This document shows positions 55,959 to 64,000 of a DNA stretch of 64,000 bases, in pieces. The notes beneath the pieces are model-generated. The model was not told the DNA's origin. It saw only the letters and a program-made list of their open reading frames with translations, and ran no database searches. The DNA is taken from positions 65,349 through 129,348 of the forward strand of contig CBDULT010000012.1 of assembly GCA_965368165.1 (NCBI GenBank), read 5' to 3'. Numbering within the stretch: position 1 is the stretch's first letter; each line of letters starts with the position of its first letter. Made by a program: the position numbers and the translations under genes. The DNA is from an uncultured Thalassospiraceae bacterium (GTDB lineage: Bacteria; Pseudomonadota; Alphaproteobacteria; Rhodospirillales; JAPHRK01).

Positions 55959-58376
55959 CTATCCTCTTAATTCGCCCTTTGTCGCTCCGACGACTTTGCC
56001 GATTACTTTTTGGGCGATGGCTTCGATTTCATCGTCCTTCAAGGTGCGTTCCATGGGCTGGATTGTCACGTTGATGGCGATGGATTTTTTGTCTTCGCCG
56101 AGGGATGCCCCTTCAAACAGATCAAAAACACTGACGTTGGTGATCAGGTTTTTATCAGCCCCTTTGGCGGCCCGGATGATTTGCTCGGCGGTGACGGTCT
56201 TGTCGACGACGAAGGCGAAATCCCGGTCCACGGTGTGGAAAGGGGAAATCTTGAGCAAAGGCTTGGTGGTTTTCTTGGGTTTGGCCTTGGGGAGGTTTTC
56301 AAGGTAAATCTCAAAACCAACCAAGGGACCTTTAACGCCGAGTTGTTTTAAAATTCCAGGGTGTATTTCCCCGAACCAAGCCAAAATGTTTTTAGGGCCG
56401 AGGCGCAAAGAGCCGGCCCGTCCTGGATGGTACCAGGCTGGGATGTCGTCGGTGAAGACCTGCAAGTTACCCGTTGGGGCACCAATGGCTTCAAGGGCAG
56501 CTAAAGCATCAGCCTTGGCATCGAAGGCATCGACGTTGCGAGGCGGTTGGGCCCAGTTGCGTTCGCCCGTTTTGCCTGAGCGCACACCTGTTGCGACCGT
56601 GCGTTGGTCATTGGGACCGTCCCCATGGTATTCCGGGCCGACCTCAAACAGACAGGCGTTTGGATTGTCGTGGTCGGCGTTTTTACCGCAGGCGACGATC
56701 AGGTTTGGCAGGATCGAGGGGCGCATGACATTAAGGTCGGCACTGATGGGATTTACCAGACGCACGGCGTCCTTTACTTCCCCGAACAGAGCCGCCTGAT
56801 CTTCAGACAGGAAGGAGTAAGTCACCGATTCAACCAAGCCGCGTTGCGCCAGAACACGGCGGGCCGTGCTGCGGTTTTTTTGAGCTGGTGTTAGGGCTTG
56901 TGCGGGGAGGTCAGTCTCGCGTTCCAGTGGGGTGGCAGGAATCTGCTGGTAGCCATAAAGCCGAACCACTTCCTCGACCAAGCCTGCCTCGCCTTCAAGC
57001 CCGGCAACAATATCTGGGCGCCAGGAAGGGGTCAGCACATCAAAGTCATCACCGTTGCGGGTTACTTCACAGCCAACAACTTCGAGAATACGGACAATCT
57101 CCTCAGCCGGGACGTTTACGCCAGTCAACTGCTCAACCCGATTACCCCGCAAACGGAGTTTTTGACGGATGTCGGGGGCAGAGCCGGCGACAACGATTTC
57201 GCTGGGTTCACCGCCGCAGAGTTCCCTCACCAAACGGGTGGCAATTTCGGCACCATCGTAAGTGAAGACCGGATCAACCCCGCGCTCAAAACGGAAGCGG
57301 GCATCGGATTGTAGATTGAGTTTGCGGCCCGTGATGGCAGTCCGGATAGGGTCGAAATAAGCGGACTCGATGAAGACGTCGGTGGTCTCGTCGGTGCAGC
57401 CGGAAATTTCGCCGCCCATGACGCCAGCAATGGCTTCGGCTTGATTTTCGTCGGCAATGACGGTCATTTCACCATCAAGTTCATATTCTTTGCCATCAAG
57501 AGCGAGAATCTTCTCACCTTCTTTTGCCAAGCGCACATGAATATCACCTTTAAGACGGGCGACATCGAACACGTGCAACGGGCGCCCAAGATCGAAGGTC
57601 ACCAGGTTGGTGATATCAACTAGGGCTGAGATCGGGCGCAGGCCAATGGCGAGCAGACGATCTTTGAGCCACTGAGGACTTTCGCAGTTTTTGACCCCGC
57701 GCACATAACGACCGACGAAGTAAGGGCAAGCCTCTTTGGTTGTTTCGTCAAAATCCAAGTGAACTTTAATTGGGCTGTCAAAAGTGCCAATGGCTTTGTC
57801 ATTGTTAAGGGCTTTGAGGCTCCCGATGCCAGCGGCGGCTAAATCACGGGCGACACCCCGCACCCCAAGGCAATCGCCCCGGTTAGGGGTGATGGCAATC
57901 TCGATCACAGGATCGTCGATGCCCAAGACCTTGATGGCTTGCGCACCCACTTGGGCGTCGGCGGGTAGATCTACAATGCCATCATGCTCGTCAGACAGGT
58001 TCATTTCGCGCTCAGAAAGCATCATGCCGGAACTTTCAACACCGCGAATTTTAGCTTTTTTCAGGGTGACATCGAGGCCGGGAATGTAGGTGCCTTCGGT
58101 GGCAAAGACCGCCTTCATGCCTTTACGGGCATTAGGGGCACCGCAAACCACTTGAAAGGTTTCGCTGCCAGTGCTGACGGTGCAGACTTTGAGCTTGTCG
58201 GCGTCTGGGTGTTTGTCGGCTTCTAGGACTTCAGCCACGATGAAGGACTCAAGGCCCTTGGTGCGGTCTTCAACCCCTTCGACCTCAAGGCCGATCATGG
58301 TCAGGGTATCAACAATTTTTTGCAGATCAGCGGTGGTGTCGAGGTGATCGCGGAGCCAGTTAAGAGTGAATTTCAT
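55959..58376 (-). CDS. pheT: Phenylalanine--tRNA ligase beta subunit
   Basis: 805 aa; tRNA-binding, B3/4, B5 and FDX-ACB domains. Start overlaps the pheS stop by 1 nt. Confidence 0.97.
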   Translation of the reverse strand: MKFTLNWLRDHLDTTADLQKIVDTLTMIGLEVEGVEDRTKGLESFIVAEVLEADKHPDADKLKVCTVSTGSETFQVVCGAPNARKGMKAVFATEGTYIPGLDVTLKKAKIRGVESSGMMLSEREMNLSDEHDGIVDLPADAQVGAQAIKVLGIDDPVIEIAITPNRGDCLGVRGVARDLAAAGIGSLKALNNDKAIGTFDSPIKVHLDFDETTKEACPYFVGRYVRGVKNCESPQWLKDRLLAIGLRPISALVDITNLVTFDLGRPLHVFDVARLKGDIHVRLAKEGEKILALDGKEYELDGEMTVIADENQAEAIAGVMGGEISGCTDETTDVFIESAYFDPIRTAITGRKLNLQSDARFRFERGVDPVFTYDGAEIATRLVRELCGGEPSEIVVAGSAPDIRQKLRLRGNRVEQLTGVNVPAEEIVRILEVVGCEVTRNGDDFDVLTPSWRPDIVAGLEGEAGLVEEVVRLYGYQQIPATPLERETDLPAQALTPAQKNRSTARRVLAQRGLVESVTYSFLSEDQAALFGEVKDAVRLVNPISADLNVMRPSILPNLIVACGKNADHDNPNACLFEVGPEYHGDGPNDQRTVATGVRSGKTGERNWAQPPRNVDAFDAKADALAALEAIGAPTGNLQVFTDDIPAWYHPGRAGSLRLGPKNILAWFGEIHPGILKQLGVKGPLVGFEIYLENLPKAKPKKTTKPLLKISPFHTVDRDFAFVVDKTVTAEQIIRAAKGADKNLITNVSVFDLFEGASLGEDKKSIAINVTIQPMERTLKDDEIEAIAQKVIGKVVGATKGELRG

Positions 58377-59449
58377 TAGTCGAGCCCTCCCACCATGCTG
58401 GGCGTTTGTATAGACTGGAAGCCGTAATGGCGCAGCCAGCGCAGGTCGGATTCAAAGAAAGTACGAAGATCAGGAATGCCGTATTTGAGCATGGCTATGC
58501 GCTCAATGCCCATGCCGAAGGCAAAGCCTTGGTAAACTTCTGGGTCGATGCCGCAGTTAATCAAAACCTGTGGGTTGACCATGCCGGAACCAAGAATTTC
58601 CAGCCAGTCGTCGCCATGCCCAATTTTGAACTCACCGCCTTCGCGGGTGCAGCCGATATCAACTTCGGCACTCGGTTCGGTGAAGGGGAAATAGCTGGGG
58701 CGGAATTTGATCGGCAGATCATCAACCCCAAAGAAAGCGCGGCAGAAATCGGTTAGGCAGCCTTTGAGGTGACCCATGTTGGTTTTTTTATCGATCACCA
58801 AGCCCTCGACCTGGTGGAACATGGGCGAGTGAGTGGCGTCGTAATCGCAGCGATAGGTCCGGCCCGGCACGATGATGCGGATGGGTGGTTCCTGGTTCTG
58901 CATGGTGCGGATTTGTACGGGCGAGGTATGGGTGCGCAGGACCATGCGGTTGCCTTCTTTCTCGTTAGGGAGATAAAAGGTGTCGTGTTCTTGCCGGGCT
59001 GGATGTTCTGGGGGAATGTTGAGAGCCCCAAAATTATACCAGTCTTCTTCAATGTCCGGCCCTTCGGCCACGGTGAATCCCATCTCGCCAAAGATGGCCA
59101 CCACTTCGTCGATGGTCTGACTGATGGGGTGGATACGTCCTTGTTCTTCTGGGCGCACAGGCAGGGAAACGTCGATGCGCTCATTGACCAGTTGGGCGTT
59201 GAGGGCGTCGGTTTCCAAAGCACTTTTGTGACCATCAATGGCGGCGGCGATTTCGGTTTTCAGCAGGTTAAAAGCTTGTCCGGCGGCTTTGCGTTCTTCC
59301 GGGTCCATTTTGCCCAGAGTTTTCATGAGACCAGAAACCCGGCCTTTCTTGCCGAGTTCGGCGACCCGAATGTCTTCAAGGGCTTTGAGGTCACTTGAAG
59401 CGGTAATCGCCCCTAAGATTTCACTGCGTAAGGAATCGACGTTATCCAT
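58376..59449 (-). CDS. pheS: Phenylalanine--tRNA ligase alpha subunit
   Basis: Class II motifs ([47 protein letters not shown]). Confidence 0.97.
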   Translation of the reverse strand: MDNVDSLRSEILGAITASSDLKALEDIRVAELGKKGRVSGLMKTLGKMDPEERKAAGQAFNLLKTEIAAAIDGHKSALETDALNAQLVNERIDVSLPVRPEEQGRIHPISQTIDEVVAIFGEMGFTVAEGPDIEEDWYNFGALNIPPEHPARQEHDTFYLPNEKEGNRMVLRTHTSPVQIRTMQNQEPPIRIIVPGRTYRCDYDATHSPMFHQVEGLVIDKKTNMGHLKGCLTDFCRAFFGVDDLPIKFRPSYFPFTEPSAEVDIGCTREGGEFKIGHGDDWLEILGSGMVNPQVLINCGIDPEVYQGFAFGMGIERIAMLKYGIPDLRTFFESDLRWLRHYGFQSIQTPSMVGGLD

Positions 59450-59483
59450 CGTTTATCTGCCTAAGTAATATATATAACAACAA

Positions 59484-59517
59484 AAAGGGGGCTCTGAGTG
59501 AACTCAGAACCCCCTTT
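59484..59517 (-). terminator. Rho-independent terminator between rplT and pheS
   Basis: Minus strand AAAGGGGGTTCTGAG-TTCA-CTCAGAGCCCCCTTTTTGTTG: 15-bp stem with one G-U pair and a T-run. Confidence 0.75.
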
Positions 59518-59557
59518 AAAAAGACCAAATTGTGTAAAGACCCTGCGGGTCCGTGCC

Positions 59558-59923
59558 TTAAGCGGTCTTGGTGAGAGCGGCCTGAGCCTGATCTACCAAA
59601 GTTTTAAACGCTTCTGGCTCTTTAACAGCCAAATCAGCAAGGATTTTACGGTCTACTTCGATGCCAGCTTTGCTCAAACCATTCATGAATTTTGAATAGG
59701 TCAAACCGTGGATGCGGGCACCAGCGTTAATACGTTGAATCCACAAAGAGCGGAAGTTACGTTTTTTAACGCGGCGATCACGGTAAGCATATTGAAGGCC
59801 TTTTTCGACCCGCTCAATAGCGATACGGAAGCTGGAGTTGCTGCGACCCCGGTAACCGGAAGCAGCATCAATGATTTTTTTGTGACGGGCGTGCGTGGTG
59901 ACGCCCCGTTTAACGCGTGACAT
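59558..59923 (-). CDS. rplT: 50S ribosomal protein L20
   Basis: [40 protein letters not shown]. Confidence 0.97.
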   Translation of the reverse strand: MSRVKRGVTTHARHKKIIDAASGYRGRSNSSFRIAIERVEKGLQYAYRDRRVKKRNFRSLWIQRINAGARIHGLTYSKFMNGLSKAGIEVDRKILADLAVKEPEAFKTLVDQAQAALTKTA

Positions 59924-59935
59924 GGCTAGCGGTCC

Positions 59936-60136
59936 TTATTTAGCGTAGGGCATATATGATTTGACTTTTTTGGCATCCTGATCGCAAAGGATCATCATGC
60001 CGCGAGCTTGCCGAATCATTTTGGTGGGACGTTTGCGCATACCGTGGCTTTTAAAAGCCACTCCGGCGCGTACTTTACCAGAAGCGGTCAAACGAAACCG
60101 TTTCTTGGCGCTAGCCTTCGTTTTCATCTTGGGCAT
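59936..60136 (-). CDS. rpmI: 50S ribosomal protein L35
   Basis: [23 protein letters not shown] prefer the ATG at 60136 over the ORF-track start at 60151. Confidence 0.95.
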   Translation of the reverse strand: MPKMKTKASAKKRFRLTASGKVRAGVAFKSHGMRKRPTKMIRQARGMMILCDQDAKKVKSYMPYAK

Positions 60137-60514
60137 TTTGCTCTCTTTCATAATAACAAGAGGTCAACAAATTGAGTGATTGGGCATACCCGATAAGCCT
60201 CGCCACTCGTGAAGACGCGGTTTATAGCGGGAGAGGACAGGCAGTGCAAGGGTAATTGCAGGGTGGTGGGGTAATAGGACAGGATAGTGCGTGATATGAC
60301 GGATAATGCTATTATTCTTTAAATTTGACCAGGCCCTCTGTCGTGATGCGCAGACTTGACCCACTAATGTTTGGTTTATTTTTATGAACTCTATTTAAGT
60401 CATGAACAAATTAGACCGGGCAGCAGAGGGTTGAGCTCGTGCATGACGTTGATGGGTAAGAACCTTTCCGTCATCATATCTTTGCTCAATCCACACATAT
60501 ACATTGTCCAGTTG

Positions 60515-61609
60515 CTAAGGCACCAGCACCACCCCTCTATCCGGCGTCACCTTCCCTGCCAACATCTCTAAATACCCCGCTTTGATCGCCTCCGGGCCTT
60601 CACCTTGGGTCACGTTGATCCATTCTGTGAGTGGCTTTAAGAAGGTTTTCCAGGCGGCGACCATTCGTTGGTTGAGGCCCTGGCTTCCCCATTCCTGGCT
60701 GCGTTTTTTGGCTTGATTGGGGGCGAAGAAGAGGAGGGGTTTGGCACCGGGGAGGTCTTTGTCCATGCCGAGGTCATTCAAGTGGGAGCCGCCGACAATG
60801 GAATCGAACTTTAGCCTGTCGGCAAAGCGTTCATGGAGGGCGCGACGCAGGCCCTTATTCCCGGCAAAATCAATATAGGCGGCCGAGGTTTGGTTATCCA
60901 TTTGGGCAACCTCATCATAAAGGACAACGTCATTATATAGTCCCAAACCTTCGACAAAGGCTTTGTTGCCCGGTGAGGTCAGGCCAATAATTTTGCATTG
61001 GTCTTGGCGGTTGCGATTGAGTAGGAAGGCGGTTCCCAGAGCGGTTTTGCTTGAGGCACTGGAGAGGATGATGGTGCTGGCACCAAAAAAACCATTATCG
61101 GCGAAGTAATCATCAATCAGGAACGAGGTCATGAAAAGGGGGCGCAATAGCATTTCATAATCTTCGAATTTTTTATGGTAGATGGGGTCGGCGGCGCAGC
61201 GGGAATAGGCATTATAAACCGGGTGGAGTTTTAGGCGATGTTTACTGCCATCGCTGAACCCATGGTCGGTCATTTTTATGGGAGTCATCTTGAGGTAGCT
61301 GGATATGGGATAATAGCCATAAAACCGCTCCCCTTCTGCTACGCCCTCGCAGTTGCTTTTGATCACGTCTGCAAAACCCCAAACAGGCACCCGCCCCCAG
61401 CCCTTTTCCTCGGTTGGAAAAAAGTCCCAGTAGGAAAACCTCTCGCCCATGGCAGCGTAGGTAATATTGTTAGCAGTAAGAGCGAAACGGTCAATCTTGA
61501 CCACAATCTCACCTGCGCGTGGGTTTAAGTCTTCGAGGGGCGTAGCGGGAATAATGTCGCAGGTGACAATCGAGTCTTTGCGAACGATAAAATCAAATGC
61601 AGGGGGCAT
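60515..61609 (-). CDS. DUF2855-like protein (MDR/alcohol-dehydrogenase-like fold, unknown function)
   Basis: WGRVPVWGFADVIKSNCEGVAEGERFYGYYPIS resembles my memory of the DUF2855 signature; size about 360 aa. Confidence 0.5.
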   Translation of the reverse strand: MPPAFDFIVRKDSIVTCDIIPATPLEDLNPRAGEIVVKIDRFALTANNITYAAMGERFSYWDFFPTEEKGWGRVPVWGFADVIKSNCEGVAEGERFYGYYPISSYLKMTPIKMTDHGFSDGSKHRLKLHPVYNAYSRCAADPIYHKKFEDYEMLLRPLFMTSFLIDDYFADNGFFGASTIILSSASSKTALGTAFLLNRNRQDQCKIIGLTSPGNKAFVEGLGLYNDVVLYDEVAQMDNQTSAAYIDFAGNKGLRRALHERFADRLKFDSIVGGSHLNDLGMDKDLPGAKPLLFFAPNQAKKRSQEWGSQGLNQRMVAAWKTFLKPLTEWINVTQGEGPEAIKAGYLEMLAGKVTPDRGVVLVP

Positions 61610-61627
61610 GGTTTAACGTTCCTTCAC

Positions 61628-61996
61628 TTATGGGTCGCGGCTTAGCCCTTGGTCTTCAAGCTCTTGTAAATAATTGGCCCAGAGCTCATCTTGCCTTGCC
61701 CCAAAATCATACAAAGTGTCCCAGCTATAGAGGCCGCTGTCATGCAAATCATCAAAATTGATTTTAACGGCGTAGTTCCCCACAGGGTCGACGCCCATGA
61801 TGCCGACATGGCGGCGACCAGCGACGGTTTTCTTTTGGCTGGGGTGGTGGCCCTGCACTTCAGCCGACGGGCTTTCGACCCTCAATAGTTCTGCTGGAAT
61901 AGAGAAGGTTTTACCGTCTTCAAAAGTGACCTCTAAGGTCTTTTCTTCGCGTTTGATGCGAATTTCGATAGCTTTATGGGTGTTGCCGATGCTCAT
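61628..61996 (-). CDS. DUF971 domain protein (gamma-butyrobetaine-hydroxylase-like N-terminal domain)
   Basis: [40 protein letters not shown]. Confidence 0.8.
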   Translation of the reverse strand: MSIGNTHKAIEIRIKREEKTLEVTFEDGKTFSIPAELLRVESPSAEVQGHHPSQKKTVAGRRHVGIMGVDPVGNYAVKINFDDLHDSGLYSWDTLYDFGARQDELWANYLQELEDQGLSRDP

Positions 61997-62190
61997 TTCT
62001 TTACCTCTCCGTCTTTCAATTCTCTGGCTTCTTCCGGCAGCATCACAGGAATGCCGTCTCGGATGGGATAAGCCAAGCTGGCTTGGTCGCTAATTAATTC
62101 CTGGGCTTCTCTGTCGTAACGCAAAGGTCCTTTGCTGAGGGGGCAGACCAACAGGTCGAGTAATTTGGGGTCTACTTCTTGAATGGTCAT
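61993..62190 (-). CDS. Trm112/YcaR (UPF0434) family protein
   Basis: [35 protein letters not shown]. 4-nt overlap with the DUF971 gene. Confidence 0.88.
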   Translation of the reverse strand: MTIQEVDPKLLDLLVCPLSKGPLRYDREAQELISDQASLAYPIRDGIPVMLPEEARELKDGEVKK

Positions 62191-62207
62191 AATTAAATTA
62201 CCTTTTG

Positions 62208-62323
62208 ATTAGGATTGGCCCGAGTCCAATCCGCGCTCAAGTGCCATATATGTGTAGGGAGTATCCCTTAAACCCTGGGGCTTGCGCCAAACGATTGGCG
62301 GCGCGCAGTCGTACCCTTGAAGG
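62208..62323 (+). repeat. Intergenic repeat family C, copy C2
   Basis: ATTAGGATTGGCCCGAGTCCAATCCGCGCTCAAGTGCC..TAGGGAGTATCCCTTA..GCGCCAAACGATTGGCG..CGCAGTCGT..GAAGGAG; aligns with 33865..33973. Confidence 0.88.
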
Positions 62324-62358
62324 AGTATAGGTGGGTTAATTTGTCTCATATACATCAC

Positions 62359-63027
62359 CTAGTTCTGAAACGGATTGTTGACATTAAGATAGGGGCTGGC
62401 GGCCATTTTTAACAGCATTTGCAGGAGTTGTGATCGGTCTCCCAAGGTGGCGGCCTCTAACAAAGCTTGTTTTTCCCGGAGTTCCAAGGGCAAAGCTGCG
62501 CAGAGGGCATTAACCAAGGCCTGGTCGGGTAAACGGGCGACATCTTCCATTTCGGCGTCGATTTCATTGGCTGCAAGGTAGCCCTGCAGGGCGTTAACCA
62601 ATTCATCGCGCCCTGTAATGGAGACCTGGTCCTCTAGCAGGTCACCTTTAAAGCGGCTGTAGTTTACCGTGACCTTGCGATAACCGTTCTCTCCTGCAAT
62701 CTCCTCGTGGATATCAAAACGACAGAGTCCAGTAAGCAAAATTTCCAAGCCACCGTCTTCTAACTCGTGGCAACGCGTGATTTCTCCGGCACAACCGATA
62801 TCATAAATTTCGGCTTCTTCTGGCACCGGGTCCATGGCGGCAATACGGGGTTGGATCATGCCAATAATATTGTTCCCTTGCTGGGCATCGCGAATCATAT
62901 TTTTATAACGGGGTTCAAATATGTAGAGAGGCAGGTTGCCTCCGGGCAGCAAGACAACGCCGCTCAAGGGGAAAATTCGTAAAGTCTCGGGAAGGTTTTC
63001 GTGGCTGGCTGTGGTAAAAACGGTCAT
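62359..63027 (-). CDS. LON substrate-binding (LON N-terminal) domain protein
   Basis: LRIFPLSGVVLLPGGNLPLYIFEPRYKNMI. No AAA+ or protease domain. Confidence 0.85.
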   Translation of the reverse strand: MTVFTTASHENLPETLRIFPLSGVVLLPGGNLPLYIFEPRYKNMIRDAQQGNNIIGMIQPRIAAMDPVPEEAEIYDIGCAGEITRCHELEDGGLEILLTGLCRFDIHEEIAGENGYRKVTVNYSRFKGDLLEDQVSITGRDELVNALQGYLAANEIDAEMEDVARLPDQALVNALCAALPLELREKQALLEAATLGDRSQLLQMLLKMAASPYLNVNNPFQN

Positions 63028-63033
63028 GATTTT

Positions 63034-63966
63034 TTAGGCAAACATCAAGGTGGAAAGTTTTCGGCGGGCGTTATTGGTTAAGGGGTCTCCCAGGCCGATA
63101 ATTTCAAAGAATTTGAGCAGTTGTTTGCGCGCGCTTTGATCACTCCATTCATTGTCCTGTCGAACAATTTCCAGCAAAGCTTCAAGGGCTTCCTCACGTT
63201 GCCCCCCCGCAAATAGAGCCAACGCCAAGTCATAACGGGCTTGGTGATCGCTCGCGTCGGCATCCACTTTCGCTTGGAGGGGGGCGATATCGCCAATACT
63301 GTCGCTTTGTTCTGCCATTTCGAGCGAAGCAACGGCTGAAGTGATTTCAGGCTTGCCCTGAAGTTTTGGGGGGATTTGCTCCACCATTTTACGCGCATTG
63401 TCTGTATCATCAGCGGCAATGCAGCACTTGATCAACCCTGCATATGCCTGAACGTTTTCATGGTCGGCGTTTAGTACCTGGGTGAAAATGCCACTAGCGT
63501 CTTCAGCTCTCCCTTCGTCAAGCAGGGCATCGGCCTGGTCCAGGGCTTGTTCAATCGGTGTTTTTCCCGTCCCATCGGTGAGCTTTGCAATAAATTGCTT
63601 GATCTGGCTTTCTGGCACAGCCCCTGTGAAAGCATCAACGGGCTGACCGTCTTTAAAAGCATAAACTGTAGGGACAGATTTGATTTGCAATTGGGCGGCT
63701 AGGGCTTGTTCTTTGTCAATATCGACCTTGACCATCTTGACCAGCCCCCCCGCAAGCAAGACTTGTTTTTCCAGCATAGGACCGAGGGTCTTGCAGGGTT
63801 CACACCAAGTGGCCCAAAAATCGACGATCACGGGGACGGATTTGGAAGCCTCAATCACGTCTTGGGCAAAACCCGCCGCATCGGTTTCTTTAATTAATTC
63901 CTCTGGGGATGTCCCCGCTTCAAGCCCTTGCAACGGTTGTCCCGCCTCATCAATTATCAATGACAT
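63034..63966 (-). CDS. Thioredoxin-domain / TPR co-chaperone (YbbN/CnoX-like)
   Basis: Thioredoxin fold with VIVDFWATWCEPCK, then a TPR-like helical C-terminal half. Confidence 0.88.
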   Translation of the reverse strand: MSLIIDEAGQPLQGLEAGTSPEELIKETDAAGFAQDVIEASKSVPVIVDFWATWCEPCKTLGPMLEKQVLLAGGLVKMVKVDIDKEQALAAQLQIKSVPTVYAFKDGQPVDAFTGAVPESQIKQFIAKLTDGTGKTPIEQALDQADALLDEGRAEDASGIFTQVLNADHENVQAYAGLIKCCIAADDTDNARKMVEQIPPKLQGKPEITSAVASLEMAEQSDSIGDIAPLQAKVDADASDHQARYDLALALFAGGQREEALEALLEIVRQDNEWSDQSARKQLLKFFEIIGLGDPLTNNARRKLSTLMFA

Positions 63967-64000
63967 TCTCTACATACCCCTACTTTATTATCGTCCGTTG

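Noticed and set aside
60164-60364. 66-aa minus-strand ORF upstream of rpmI, considered as a remnant of infC.
   Set aside because: The translation bears no resemblance to IF-3 and has no RBS. I treat the region as a non-coding leader or promoter.
13106-62323. Whether the dispersed A, B and C repeats form a CRISPR array.
   Set aside because: The copies are kilobases apart, occur in both orientations, sit between unrelated genes, are 73-120 bp long and have internal hairpins. There are no regularly spaced short spacers and no cas genes.
1-64000. Search for tRNA, rRNA or tmRNA genes and for integrase or transposase genes.
   Set aside because: No cloverleaf-like GTTCGAATC/T-loop contexts were seen in any intergenic region, and no ORF has recombinase or DDE motifs. 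This rests on visual inspection only, so tRNAscan or Infernal should confirm it.

Overview
This 64-kb chromosomal segment reads as an alphaproteobacterium: it carries Tim44-like/MltA/Smr, MucR, Irr, SecB/FxsA and a DUF1058 SH3 protein, and GC is roughly 50-55% by hand counts. I support 68 protein-coding genes. Most are tightly packed housekeeping genes: def-fmt-truA, hslVU, lutABC, secB, ada, panD, the rimP-nusA-ylxR-infB-rbfA-truB-rpsO-pnp superoperon, trmB, metK, lnt-corC-ybeY-phoH-miaB, fur, mucR, tsaB-rimI and pheST-rplT-rpmI. I saw no rRNA, tRNA, CRISPR array, transposase or integrase. Five things are unusual. (1) A ~2-kb AT-rich island (10.5-12.5 kb, ~40% GC) carries a HigB toxin followed by a 403-aa protein that fuses a HigA-type HTH antitoxin to an intact ImmA/IrrE HEXXH metalloprotease, plus a tiny basic ORF. 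This is the best candidate for an uncharacterised protease-gated toxin-antitoxin or abortive-infection module. (2) A dense family of structured, mosaic intergenic repeats is present: family A about 73 bp in 6 clear copies plus 1 remnant, family B about 120 bp in 2 copies, and family C about 110 bp in 2 copies. Their hairpins show compensatory changes. B+A composites of about 220 bp have 19-bp terminal inverted repeats. Some copies lie inside essential operons. (3) One protein fuses a receiver domain lacking the phospho-acceptor Asp to a pentapeptide-repeat domain. (4) A PanD homolog has a C-terminal extension of about 55-60 aa. (5) An orphan solute-binding protein sits directly upstream of a chemoreceptor. 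All functional calls rest on motif recognition by eye. No database search was run.
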